A stretch of 64,000 nt of DNA from Octopus bimaculoides (Eukaryota), in contig NC_068981.1 of assembly GCF_001194135.2 (NCBI RefSeq), positions 120,569,534-120,633,533 on the forward strand, given 5' to 3'. A program made the translations under genes and the position numbers. Each line of letters begins with the position of its first letter. Within the stretch, counting starts at the first letter, position 1. Shown in pieces: positions 12,894 to 25,007 of the stretch. Below the pieces are notes generated by a model. It saw only the letters and a list, made by a program, of their open reading frames with translations, was not told where the DNA came from and did not search any database.

Positions 12894-13144
12894 AAGCAAA
12901 TTTTTCACACCAGAGCCAAATGAGCAGAAAGAAAGAAAGAAAAGAAAACAACAAGATGGTCATGGCTAGACAGCTTTTGATCATAGGTCTACTTGATAAG
13001 AATTGACATGAGGTTAAACAACAACAATATCATCAACATCTTATCAACTTAACCAGCTGAAATTTTAGAAAGAGTATCAACTGTTAAGTTTGTTTTATTC
13101 TAACAATTTATAAATGTCCAAAATTAACATTACTAAACAGCCAT
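12894..13144 (+). repeat. 251-bp exact direct duplicate of 14416-14666
   Basis: Base-by-base identity by eye; offset 1522 bp. Confidence 0.9.
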
Positions 13145-13627
13145 CTTGGAAGGTTTTGGAATAGTATTAACTGTGGCAGAAAATATCAATGCCAAAGATG
13201 CAATGTCTGCTACACACCATGCAGATAAATAGCGTGTTTGATACATCTGACTGGAACCAGACTTTCCTTAGAAGTCATTATATCACTGTTTCTTTCATCA
13301 AGTTCTTTACACAAGAAAGTTCTCTTTTCAAATTTGTCTCTATCTGAAGCAACTATTTTAAAACACTTGTTAAGTATCAGAATGGTCCTGCTGATTAGAC
13401 CAGTAAATTTGATCTAATCACAGTGGTTACTTCCAGCTGAGTGGATTGTACTATTTAAGAATTAAGTGTCTTGGTCATAAACAACATAGTACTGATGATG
13501 AGTTATCAACACTTTACCAATGTAGGAGTCAATGAAGGGTACCTGACCTGCTAGAAACAGCAGCTGGCTACACATCACACCTTATCATCTCAAAAAAAAG
13601 GAAGGTAACATTGGACGATGTAGTCTT

Positions 13628-14440
13628 ATCTTTTATTGGTTTCAGTCATCGGGTTGTGGCCATGTTGGGGCACCATCTGGAAGGGTTTAGTTGAACAAAT
13701 TGCCTTCAGTACAATATTTTTTTGCAAAACCAAGTACTTATTCTATTGGTCTATGTGTGATGAACTGCCAATGCACAGGGATGTAAACAAACTAACACTG
13801 ATTGTCAAGTGGTGGTGGGTGATAAACAAAGACACACATATATGTACACACACATACCTGTATATATATATATATATATATACATCCCTCTGCTAAGTGC
13901 CTCTGGTTCTTCTATACTGCTTTTGGCCTGAACAGCCATTCAGGCACAAGGACCCATCAAGATGAAGAGGCTTAATCACTTGCTACAGATTAACTACTTG
14001 GGAAACAAGTTAATGCTGATGATATATGAGACACACACACTCACATACATATGGTGCGATGGGTAAATTGTCACCATTTAGAATTTTTAATTTTGTTTTT
14101 GATTTTGTTGACTACACAGTATAGTAGGGTCAGCTTGGGCACTGTCTGTGAGAAAAACACCACCATGATGCAATTCACTCTGCCAGAAATTTGGAAACGA
14201 CATGCTGTGCTACCTGGCATTCATGCCGGAAGCTCCAGTATGAAGATTTCAGAGTGTCTAGGTGTCAATATGAGGACACACATACACACAAAAGACAGGC
14301 TTCTTTCAGTTTCCATCTATCAAATCCATGGCAAGTGTGGAGGGTAACTCTCTAGTAGATGACACTTGCCCAAAGTTCCATGTAATGGGACTGAACCTAG
14401 AACCATGCGATTAGAAAGCAAATTTTTCACACCAGAGCCA
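13628..14440 (-). mobile_element. SINE AB split by a maT transposon fragment in its internal microsatellite
   Basis: 3' body at 13628-13850, head rc at 14290-14440, foreign sequence between. Confidence 0.75.
14050..14277 (+). mobile_element. maT/DD37D-like transposon 5' fragment
   Basis: Matches 58702-58830 (ccatga.caattcactctgccagaaatttggaaacgacatgctgt); encodes MQFTLPEIWKRHAVLPGIHAG.., a transposase N-terminus-like sequence. Confidence 0.75.
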
Positions 14441-14884
14441 AATGAGCAGAAAGAAAGAAAGAAAAGAAAACAACAAGATGGTCATGGCTAGACAGCTTTT
14501 GATCATAGGTCTACTTGATAAGAATTGACATGAGGTTAAACAACAACAATATCATCAACATCTTATCAACTTAACCAGCTGAAATTTTAGAAAGAGTATC
14601 AACTGTTAAGTTTGTTTTATTCTAACAATTTATAAATGTCCAAAATTAACATTACTAAACAGCCATAAACATATCAAAGTATCAATCAATAAACACATTT
14701 TACTGTTGCCTTCAACTGGAAACTTTTAGAAATGAAGGAAGTCTGAGCTATAAAATCATCATTGCTTTAGCATACACTTTTCCATGCTTGCCTGGGTCAG
14801 ACAGAGTTCATTGAGGCAAATGTTTTTACCAAGGCCAGATGACTTTTTTGTCATCATAACCAAGGTAATATTACCCCATGATTA

Positions 14885-15075
14885 GGGCAGCAAGCTGGCA
14901 TGAATGCTTAGCAGCATTTTCTCCATCTTTATGTTCAGAGTTCAAATGCTGTGAGGTAAACTTTGCCTTTCATCCTTTTAGGGTTGATCAAATAAGTACC
15001 AGTTGAGCACTGGGTCAATGTAATCGACTAGCCCACTTCCCACAAAATTTCAGGTTTTATGCCTAAAGAAAAATT
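14885..15075 (+). mobile_element. SINE family C copy
   Basis: gagttcaaat B box; aactttgccttttcatcctttt.gggttgat..ataagtaccagttgagcactgg core. Confidence 0.8.
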
Positions 15076-15102
15076 GGGCAGGCAAGACAGTTTTCCTTTG
15101 CC

Positions 15103-15600
15103 TGATGGCTGTGGCGAAAGAAGTTGTCATTCTTCTTAGGTAGAGGTCTCATTGACTACTTCAAGTTTCACTTGAAAAGGAAATTGAGGGTCGAAAGGGA
15201 AGTGCTGTCCTTAAGTGAGTCTAATGAAAGGTGAGTGAAAGTTGTGAAAATGGCAAGTGTGGATAGTAACTCTCTAAGTGTAGACCAGTGAGTCAGAGAA
15301 AGGGAATTGGAGAGGGCACTTGCCCTTGGTGTTCAGGAAGATCTCAGACAGTAGGGTTCCTCAATTATCCTTAGAAGTCATCCTGTATCAGGAGGACCAC
15401 ATCCCTATCACCAACCCCATTTTTTTGTTAACCTTTGTATACTAAGTATATTTCCCTTCGTTATCATTGTATATTTACTCCTTTTTTTTTGTTTATTTAC
15501 TTATTTTATCATTTCATTATATGTAAACCCCAACACTTTGTTTTTCTGTATTGTTGTCTCATCCTTTGCCCTGGTGGCAAATAAATGAAATCATCATTAT
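15103..15600 (+). mobile_element. L1/Tx1-like LINE 3' fragment
   Basis: Translates WLWRKKLSFFLGRGLIDYFKFHLKRKLRVEREVLSLSESNER*VKVV.., resembling a Tx1-type ORF2 C-terminus; followed by a T-rich 3' UTR and aataaa near 15580. Confidence 0.6.
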
Positions 15601-15608
15601 TATTATTT

Positions 15609-15821
15609 AAGGTGGCGAGCTGGCAGAATCATTAGCATGCTGGGCAAAATACTTAGTGGTATTTCGTCTGTCACTACATTCTGAGTTCAAATTCTGCCGA
15701 GGTCAACTTTGCCTTTCATCCTTTTGGGGTTGATAAATTAAGTACCAGTCAAGTACTGGGGGTTGATGTGATTGTCCCCCTTTCCACAAAAATTCAGGTC
15801 TTGTGCCTATAGTACAAAGGG

Positions 15822-15871
<50 letters not shown>

Positions 15872-16131
15872 ATTATTGCTGTTACTATTATGAAAGCAGT
15901 GAGCTGATAGAACATTAAATCATTGGAAAAAATGCTTTGCAATATTTGCTTCAAACCTATGTGTCCAGAATTCAAATCACACAGAGGTCAACTTTGCTTT
16001 TCATCCTTTCAGGGTTGATAAAGTAAAGTACTAGTCAAGTACCAGGGTTTGGTTTAATTGGTAACTCCCATCCCAACTGTCAAAATTGTTGGCCTTCTGC
16101 CTAAATCAGAAAGCATTATCATCATCATCAT

Positions 16132-16163
<32 letters not shown>

Positions 16164-16628
16164 TTAAGGCGGTGAGCTGGCAGAATCATTAGCACTGTGA
16201 GCAAAATGTTTAGTGGCATTTTGTCTGTCTTTACATTCTGAGTTCAAATGTCGCTGAGTTTGACTTTTGCTTTCATCCTTCTGGAGTTGATAAAATAAGC
16301 ACCAGTTAAACACTGGGGTTGATGTAATCAACTATCACCCTCCCCTCAAATTTCAGGCATTGTGCCTACAGTAGAAAGGATTATTATTACTATTATTATT
16401 AGTATTATTAAGGCAGTGAGTTGTCAGAATTGTTAGTATGCTGAGCAAAATGCTTAGTGGCATTCTGTCTGTTTTCATGTTCTGAGTTTAAATGACCTCC
16501 AAGGTCAACTTTGTCTTACATCCTTTTGGAGTCCATAAAATAAGAACCGGTTGAGCACTGGTGTTGATGTAATTGACTTGCCCACTTCCCCGAAACTGCT
16601 AGTCTTGTGACAAAAGTTGAAACCATTA
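15609..16628 (+). mobile_element. Four head-to-tail SINE C copies (about 15609-15825, 15893-16110, 16166-16385, 16410-16628) separated by (ATT)n/(ACT)n
   Basis: Repeated head aaggcggtgagctggcagaatcattagca and shared core; trinucleotide spacers. Confidence 0.9.
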
Positions 16629-16796
16629 TTATTGTTGTTGTTGTTGTTGCTTTGTTTTATACCAGCTGTGTCAAGTCTTACTCAGAGTCAGCAAGTTGGA
16701 TGTTTTATTGTGGGTGTTATTTCTAAGTAGCAATGATATATTGTAAGGAAGGAGGCCAAATACTGAGAATTAACAATTCATTAAAAGTTTGTTTTA

Positions 16797-17205
16797 ATCT
16801 TTTATCTTCTATTTGTTTCAGTCATTAGACTGCAGCCATGCTGGGGCACCACCTTGAAGATTTTTGATTGAACAAATCAATCTCAGGACTTATTTTTCTC
16901 TCTTAAGCTAAGTACTTATTCTATTGGTGCCTTCTGCTGAACTGTTAAGTTATGCAAGACATAAACAAACTAACACAAGTCGTCAAGTAGTGATGGGGGA
17001 CAAATGCATGCACAAACCCACACACACATAAATGTATATACATGACAAGCTTCTTTCAGTTTCTGTCTACCAAATCCACTCACAAGGCTTTGGTCAACCT
17101 GAGGTTGTAATAGAAGACACTTGCCCAAGGAGTGACATAGTGGGATTGAACCCGGAACCATGTGGTTGGGAAGCAAACTTCTTACTACACAGCCATGCCA
17201 GTGCC
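16797..17205 (-). mobile_element. SINE AB, full length
   Basis: tttgtttcagtcattagactgcagccatgctgggg ... ggaagcaaacttcttactacacagccatgcc. Confidence 0.88.
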
Positions 17206-17571
17206 TACAATTTTGAAAAAGATTAAAAGATTCAGATATTCTAAGGTTGATTATTTTTTTCTGAGGACATGGGCAGTACTCATGAGAACAATTTTGGGGG
17301 TTTCCTGGTATTTGACCAGAGTGTTTAAGAGTGCCATTTGATATCCTCAAAGTGCTGATGATCCTAAGTACAACTACCACTCTTACACACCAAATTTCTG
17401 AAACCTCTATCTCAAGGTCTTGTATTTATTGAACTGTAAACATTTTCACAAAGGTGTTGCAGTTTTCTGGGATTGACATTATCTGTGAGTGAACACATTT
17501 TGTCAATGTGATCTTCCATCACAATATTTATATTTAATGTATATGTTTAAACAGTTCAATCAGTTAAAACA

Positions 17572-17800
17572 TTAACCTTTTAGCATTCAGATTACTCTGT
17601 CGAATGTAAAGCTTATTTATTCATATTGTTTTGAATTAATCATGCATCATCTTGCAACTTTGAGATTTTCATGATGTGACTGCTTATTTTTAGGATGACC
17701 TTGCAGGGTAGGTGTGAGGGGTTGCATCTGGCTGGTCTGAACATCAAACAAGTAGAATATTTAGACCAGATATGACTGGTTTGAATGCTAAGCAGGTCAA
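17572..17800. mobile_element. piggyBac-type MITE (TTAA-CC ends)
   Basis: ttaaccttttagcatt left end; aatgctaagc.ggt degenerate right end; same family as 62673-62872. Confidence 0.75.
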
Positions 17801-17924
17801 AGTCATAAAGTGTTTACTTTCTACAAATTTGGCAGGCATATGTTCAGGCCTCTTCTTTTATGCTTTAACCCTCATCTCCTAGCACAAAGCAACATCTTTT
17901 GGGGTTTACAGTCTTGCAAGCTGC

Positions 17925-18105
17925 ACTTGTGCTGGTGTCACAAAAAAAAAGTACCTAGTACACATTGTAAAGTGGCTGGCTTTAGGAAAGGCATCCAGCC
18001 ATAGAAACCATGCTAAAGTAGACAATGGAGTACTATGCAGTCCTTGGGCCCATTGGATCCTGTTAAACCCATTGTTAAATGATGGCAATGATGATGATGA
18101 TGATA
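17925..18105 (+). mobile_element. SINE-like family G copy
   Basis: ggctttaggaaaggcatccagccatagaaac ... gttaaatgatggcaatgatgatgat. Confidence 0.75.
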
Positions 18106-18108
18106 TGA

Positions 18109-18182
<74 letters not shown>

Positions 18183-18185
<3 letters not shown>

Positions 18186-18500
18186 GAGAATATACAAAAA
18201 ATAACAACAGACGAGGACAGGTGGTGTAAATAACAAAAGTATATATTAGTATGACGCTCGGGAATACGGAAAGTCTTTGACGTTTCGAGCTACGCTCTTC
18301 AACAGAAAGAATACGGAGACAAGGAGAAAAACACGGAGAAAAAAAAGTCAATTCAAACATGAAAAAGCAAGAAAAAACAACAATGCGAGGACGTGGAATA
18401 AGTACAGTGTTATTGGATGCTCAGGAAAGGAAAGAAAAGAGGATTTCACATTTCAAGAGCTCTTCATCAGAAATATAGAAAAAGTCCAAAGAAGGAAATT
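18183..18500 (-). mobile_element. Short (TA)n-flanked repeat carrying two tandem hammerhead-like motifs (Penelope pLTR-like or retrozyme-like)
   Basis: rc 18274-18310 = tcttt CTGTTGA A GAGC gta GCTC GAAAC GTC aaaga; rc 18443-18474 = attt CTGATGA AGAGCTCTT GAAATGTG aaat. Confidence 0.65.
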
Positions 18501-19349
18501 TATATATATACATGGTATTGTACTCTAGTAATAAAATATCTTATAGCAATTTGGCTTTATTATCTTACATCTTGAGATCAAATCCAGTTAGGGAAATCAT
18601 TTACCCATGAGAGAATAGAATCAACAAAGTATTGTATTTTAGTTCTAAATCAACCTCGATTGAGCAGAACAATGATCAAAAACATTCCAGTTGTGACTAT
18701 CCAATCTTTTTGTACATTAGGCACTACATTATTCAATGTATCCTTTAGTATTTAATCTTTTAGCACTTAAAGTGGCCAAAATGCCCAATCTGTTTCATGT
18801 TCAAACCAGTCAGATCTAGTTTCTCATGTATACCCTACAATGGCATTCCAAAAGTAAACAATCAGACATATGTGTACTCAAGAAGACCTGCCCACCACAA
18901 CAGAATTGAGATCCAAAAACCAAGGTGCATTGGTGAGGGTGCTGGTGCCATATAAACTAAGTCAAAACATACTATGGAACTTAGTGTAGCCCCTGGCCTT
19001 GCCAGTTCCTGTCAAGCTGTTCAACCCATGCCAGCAGGGAAAACAGACTTTAATTGATGATGGTAATGGTTGAGGGTGGTATACTGGCTGAATTGTTAGA
19101 ATGTCAGATGGAATATATTACAGTAATTGCTCTAGGTCTTTGTGTTCTAAGTTCAAATCCCATCATTGCCTATTCAGGTAGTAAACTTAACCTGTCACCC
19201 AGTTCAATATCACTGCCTAGCCTTTACACATCTTTAGTAGTGTTCACTCTGTGGCAAGCATCCTGGCCAGGTCTTTTGTTACTTTCCTCCTTTCCTTCTA
19301 TGAGTCTTGGAAGCCTCCTTCTTAAAGAAATAGAAGGAAAAAAATATTG

Positions 19350-19491
19350 AGTGTGGTTGTGTGGTAAGTTTGCTTCCTGACCATATGGTTTTGGGTTCAT
19401 TCACACTCCATGGTAAGAGTCTTTTACAATAGCTTCAATGTTGCCAAAGCCTTGAGAGTAAACCTGATAGATCGAAACTGAAAGAAGCCTG

Positions 19492-19495
<4 letters not shown>
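19350..19495 (+). mobile_element. SINE AB 5' half
   Basis: gtggttgtgtggtaagtttgcttcctgaccatatggtt...gaaactgaaagaagcctg. Confidence 0.75.
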
Positions 19496-19525
<30 letters not shown>

Positions 19526-19552
19526 ATATATATATATATAAATATATAGTGA

Positions 19553-19880
19553 AGGCACGTGGCTCAGTGGTTAGAGTGTTGGGCTCACAATCATGAGATA
19601 GTAAATTTGATTCCGGGACCGGGCTGTGTGTTATGCTCTTGAGCAAGACACTCTATTTCACATTACTCCAGTTCACTCAGTTGTAGAAATGAGATGCAAC
19701 ATCACTGTTACCAAGCTGTATCAGCCTTTGCCCTTCCCTTGGATAACAACAGTGGCATGGAGGGGAGGCTGGTATGCATAGGCAACTGCTGGTCTTCCAT
19801 AAACAACCTTGTCTGGACTTGTTCCTCAGAGGGGAACTTTCTAGGTGCAATCCCACAGTAATTCATGACTGAAAGGGGTC
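19553..19880 (+). mobile_element. tRNA-derived SINE family D, full length
   Basis: A box tggctcagtgg, B-box-like ttgattccgg; matches the rc of 34378-34708 and 45645-45980. Confidence 0.88.
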
Positions 19881-19884
19881 ATAT

Positions 19885-20052
19885 ATATATATACCGGAGT
19901 CAGCACATAAATGTGCAACAAGGTGGAAAAAAGAGTACTCAAATACCAGAGGTAGAGTAATATGCTTTATTTAAAAGTTGTCCGATGAACGGGAACATGA
20001 AACTCTGAGTAACAGTTTTTTTGCTATATTTCTGCTGCTTTTAAATAAAGTA
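19885..20052. repeat. Short interspersed repeat with ctttatttaaaag / cttttaaataaag inverted ends, internally deleted
   Basis: Inverted 13-mers at about 19965 and 20040; flanked by (TA)n. Confidence 0.45.
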
Positions 20053-22295
20053 TATATATATATATGTTTGTGTGTGTGTATATATATTTCTATGTATTTG
20101 AATTTGTCCCCTATCACTGATTTATTTAACTAAACCCCTTCATGGGGTTTCTGAAACAAGAAAAAGATAAGATAGAGATTGTATAAAGGCTTCCTTAATG
20201 ACTTGTTAAGTACTAATCTAAGGTAGACTCAGTTGGTCATATTTCTGTCTTAAATGCTACCTTCCTACTTTTAGCTGCACAACCATGAAGTAGAATTAGA
20301 ATACATTAGGCCAAGAACCTACCAACAGAGCCAGGCCAGCTGAAGTAGGCTTTGCTGAGAAAGGAGCACAAACATGTTCACCTAAGTAAGTTTTGAACTT
20401 ACAACCAAGAGGTTAGTAATCCAGAACCTTAACCTCACATTTATTGTGCCTTATTAAAAAATTTTCTTTAAGGAATATCCAACAAATTGATGGGTTATGG
20501 TACTTGTAAAACTCACCTATCTCAGATATAGAGTCAACACCTAATTAAAAACACTTCAAATTCAAAGTTGCTGTTCAGTTCTAGTTGTGGCCATCCAACC
20601 TTTATTTCAATTATAGTTCCCTACGTGTTCTTCCTTTTTGAAGGTGTTAGGGTAGGATTTGTGGGAGATTTAGCTGCTATTTCTAGCAGTACCAGCAACT
20701 ACAGAATCTGTCAAGTGACATTCATCAATTCAACTGATACAATTTAATGTTACCAGAAACATTGTATCAGTCATCTTTCCCTCTCATACAACCATTTCTT
20801 TCTTTTTGAGTCGTTGCCACTGAAGAGAATTGAACGCAATAAACAACTTTGTCCGTTTTGGATTTAGTCTTAAAAGTATTCTTCAAGGTATGTTGAGGAC
20901 ACACTTAGAAGATGGAGAAACTAGTCATTACTTCGTTATTGACAAGCAAAAACTTTGCCAAACGAAAAGAAAAAAAAAAGAAAAATTAAAAGAGAAAATA
21001 AAATAGTAAAAAATAATAAATAATGAAGTATGTTTTCCTAAGTTCTTTTTTTTTTGCTTGTATATGCAATGAAAATGTGATAATCAAATCTGTATTTATG
21101 TCAAGAATTTGACACAATACAAGCCAACTATCAAATAAATCATACAGCGAAAGTGACAAATTATTCCTGACAGGTTATCAGATTGATTAACAAAACAAGT
21201 GTCAACATTTGGTAAGATTAATGTCACCAGTTAATGTTCACATGATTTTTCAAATCGAAATCATGGGAATACACCGAATGACATTCTATGAAAATATCGA
21301 TGACGACACAAAACACTTGTTCAATAGTTCAAGTCTAGTTCTAGCTCTAAGCAGATTACGGAATCCTTTCCAAAAATGTTTTCTGTTAGAATAACGAGAA
21401 GTGGTGACTATCAAACTTTTCTCAATGGCGAAGTTATACCAAAACATTAAACTCAGCAGCGATACAGTCACAATGAGAAGGTATTATTACGTTGATTAGG
21501 TTAAGAACAGTAAATAAGATCACCTGACTTGTATTTATTCTATTACTACATGAAAGATAGAGTCGGCCTCAGTAAAATTTGAACTCAAAACATAGACAGA
21601 ATGATGCAAAATATACTTCGACATTTGGTTTCATGGGTTAACATTTCTGCCACTCCATCAAATGTAGACACATGGAGGGAGGGTCAATAGTTGTGTATAA
21701 CGAGAGTATTTGACTGGTACTAGTTATACTGAACCCAGAAGAATAAAAGGCGGAGTTGGTTTGGTGTTTGTATCGAACTAAAACATTGATACTTAAAACA
21801 CAATAAAACAAACTGGAATGACAATCGAAGTTTGATGGAGAAGAAGATAAAGTAAGGCAGAACGAAGTATAATATCATAACAGTGTGCAGCAGTATGTTT
21901 ACAGCTGTGAAGAGAAGATGCAACAAGTTGAGTGAAGCAGTAGTACATGAAATATGAACTCCTGTAAAAGCAAATCTGATTATGGAAAGAGAAACTGTGC
22001 ACCGGTTGGACACCGCTCTCACTCTGAGACGGAATCGATCTCAATGCAGTGTTCTGACGCAGAGGACACAAGTTAAGTTACAGATGAGAGAGAGAGAAAC
22101 GTACATAGATAGGATGCAGTTCGAAGACTATAATAACTGGCAGAGGAGTAGAAGACAGAGTTTACTAACTTAAAGAGAGTCGATTAAAGGGGGAAAAAAT
22201 AATAAATATAAAAAATAAGATGAACTAAAACAATGCAATCTTACCTATTAGGAAAAGACGAGGATTACAAATAAGGCGCCTTCGTCTAAACTTAC

Positions 22296-22536
22296 CTCAG
22301 TCTTCAGAAGAGTACTTTTTTTTTGGCAAGTTTCTCCTTCCTTACTTCTTTTCTCTTTCTCTCTTCACTCTCTCTTCACTCTCAGTCTCTCACTCCAAAC
22401 CAACAAGTTTTTCGCCTCTCTCTCCCTCTTAAACAGAGGAATACATAGCAATTAACAACAAAGCTGAAGAAAAAAAACCCGAGAAATACTACAAGAGAGG
22501 GAGAACAATAATACCAAAAAAAGGGTGAAAAAGCAA
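22296..22536 (-). other. Candidate non-coding 5' UTR exon of a minus-strand gene
   Basis: Acceptor ttttttttttcttttacag| (22537); donor gactgag|gtaagt (22295); alternative donor aatag|gtaaga (22244); I saw no long ORF. Confidence 0.5.
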
Positions 22537-23085
22537 CTGTAAAAGAAAAAAAAAAGGGGTAAAAAAGTGAAAAAGAATAAATAAACGCAACAAAACGGAA
22601 TCAAAACAAAAATGCTGAGAAACCAAGAGTTAATTCTTCAGTAGCAACGATATTGAAAAGACTAACTTAAGTAACAACGTTTAATATTTCTAAGCGTTGC
22701 AGGGAAGTGAAGTGACATAAAACTAAAAAGCGTACTTTTTATTTTGTTAATAATGGTTGTTAATTTTTAAACGTATAACAACACTGTTATCGTATTATTT
22801 CTACCTGTGTCGGTCGTTGCTTTATTATTATTGTGACTGATTGATAGAGCTGCATATTCCTTCCTATCTTTCTCTCTAAATCCATATATATATATATATA
22901 TATATATANNNNNNNNNNTATATATATATATATATATTATATATATATATATATCCCTTCTTAACTATCAATCTATTCTGCTAAATCGAAACTATTGCTT
23001 TCAACAGTTCTAGTCGACTTAACTGGAAATCCTATTGCAGGGTATTAAAGTCAAAGGAAAAGAGAGGGATATTCATATTACTTAC

Positions 23086-23340
23086 GTGCTCTGTGTACAA
23101 CAGAGCAGAAGGGAATCCGAAATGGAGGAAGACGACACTAAGGTAAGTTGCAATTCAAATTGTTATTGCTTACCTTTACATTCGCTTAATAGGTGTCTTA
23201 TATAATTTTTTTTATTTATTCATATTTTATATCTCACGCTACTTTCTGTCTTTTTCTTTCATTTGAACTCTCAGCGATGTTGTCATTTGAGCAAAAGAGG
23301 TACATTGCAAGATCGAACCACTGTAACAATACCTACGTGC
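23086..23340 (-). other. Candidate first exon(s) of the same minus-strand transcript
   Basis: Donors gtaaag|gtaagc (23173) and gagcac|gtaagt (23085); the 5' boundary is a guess. Confidence 0.35.
23122..23142 (+). CDS. Candidate first coding exon MEEDDTK of a divergent or overlapping plus-strand gene
   Basis: ccgaaATGGAGGAAGACGACACTAAG|gtaagt: purine at -3, G at +4, perfect phase-0 donor; no downstream exon confirmed. Confidence 0.3.
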
Positions 23341-23352
23341 CANNNNNNNNNN

Positions 23353-23385
<33 letters not shown>

Positions 23386-24243
23386 ATGTATATAATTTCC
23401 CCTTTCTCTGAATACAGATGCTCTTGAAGGAGAAAGAGTGTTTTTGTTCTACATTTGTCTCTCTATGTACACACACATTTACATGTCAATTTAAACACAC
23501 TTTCAGTCACATGCACACTTGTTATATATGCATATGTAGGCAGGTGTGTATTGCGATTAATCACGTATACATACATACGCACATACTCACACATAAACAC
23601 ATTTGTATTTATTTGCTTACAAATAAACATCAATACACGATTTTTAGATTTTGAAAATAAATTTCCCAAAGTATTTATCGATGAATAGAGTTTTGTTTTT
23701 GTTCGTTTACCTTGTTACATACACAGATATATTATTATACATCGAGGTTCACCTTACTATTGTGTGGAACAGATTATTTCGAGACACTGTATATATTCAT
23801 GTGTTCATGTATACAAACACAACTGAAAAATAAGCTGCCTCTCGACATAAATACATATACGCATATATACTGAAAATAGGTGAAGGGGTGAAAGTAATAT
23901 ATATATATATATATATANNNNNNNNNNNNNNNNNNNNNNNNNNNNNNNNNNNNNNNNNNNNNNNNNNNNNNNNNNNNNNNNNNNNNNNNNNNNNNNNNNN
24001 NNNNNNNNNNNNNNNNNNNNNNNNNNNNNNNNNNNNNNNNNNNNNNNNNNNNNNNNNNNNNNNNNNNNNNNNNNNNNNNNNNNNNNNNNNNNNNNNNNNN
24101 NNNNNNNNNNNNNNNNNNNNNNNNNNNNNNNNNNNNNNNNNNNNNNNNNNNNNNNNNNNNNNNNNNNNNNNNNNNNNNNNNNNNNNNNNNNNNNATATAT
24201 ACATGTCTTCTGTTGTGAACATACATACTGTTTTACTTCGACG

Positions 24244-24274
<31 letters not shown>

Positions 24275-24467
24275 TTGAACGTGTATGTTTATAATTGTTT
24301 CTCTCTTTCTCTTTCTCTCGCACACACTCGTGTGTGTATATGTGTGTGTGTTATAAAACGATAATTGTTTACACATTGACTTTATTTTGCATACACAGTA
24401 TTACAGAGTCTGTTTACGTGTATGTGCGTTTGTATGTATATAGATAAGTTGGTTTGTAAATGTGTCC

Positions 24468-24505
<38 letters not shown>

Positions 24506-24968
24506 GTATGTCCAGTGGTTTAGGTGTTAGGTTCACAATCATAAGTTCGTGGGTTAGATTCTTGAATGTTTATATGAATGTATATGAATATATATCTGCA
24601 TGCATGTGTATGTATATATATGAATGTATATATATATATATGTGTGTGTATATGTACTTTATTATATTTTAAACCAACAGAACGTTGCAAGTGTGACTCA
24701 GGGCTTGGAGTGTTTTCATGCATGTCACATTTCAACAAGCTCTTGAACCTTAAGTCACACTTGTAACTTTCTACTGATTGCAAAGTAAACAAATAACAAG
24801 CAAATAAAAAAGAAGTATATGTATATATATTCACGTATTGAATTCAGTTTCTCTTGTTTGTTCTAGCGAACATGTATGTATGGTAAAACAAGCGGGAGGA
24901 ATAAAGCCTCAATACATGAGTGTGTATACATACATATATACATACATACATACATATATACATACACA

Positions 24969-25004
<36 letters not shown>

Positions 25005-25007
<3 letters not shown>

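Larger units (their letters stand above)
21000..23400. promoter_or_regulatory. Repeat-poor, relatively CpG-retaining block; probable promoter / 5' UTR region
   Basis: Few interspersed repeats, more CG dinucleotides than the flanks, GA-rich tracts, several consensus splice donors (see the next features). Confidence 0.4.

Noticed and set aside
13210-13410. 67-codon open stretch on minus (..KIVASDRDKFEKRTFLCKELDERNSDIM..) with a possible acceptor
   Set aside because: Weak splice signals and no homology recognised; similar stretches at 1.5-1.8, 4.3, 17.3, 38.8, 39.3, 40.9 and 51.6 kb cannot be separated from background by eye
15609-16628. Regularly spaced repeats resembling a CRISPR array
   Set aside because: Units are ~220-bp SINEs with microsatellite spacers in eukaryotic DNA; no cas-like ORFs
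19553-19625. tRNA-like sequences with A and B boxes (many sites)
   Set aside because: Heads of tRNA-derived SINEs continuing into SINE bodies; no complete cloverleaf seen
19975-20015. ccgatga-acgggaacat-gaaactc, a hammerhead-like core
   Set aside because: Core is CCGAUGA, stem II is imperfect and I could not form stems I and III; too weak from one copy
21720-22173. ORFs of 63-100 aa on both strands near the candidate promoter
   Set aside because: No recognisable domain; overlapping frames on both strands; compatible with chance
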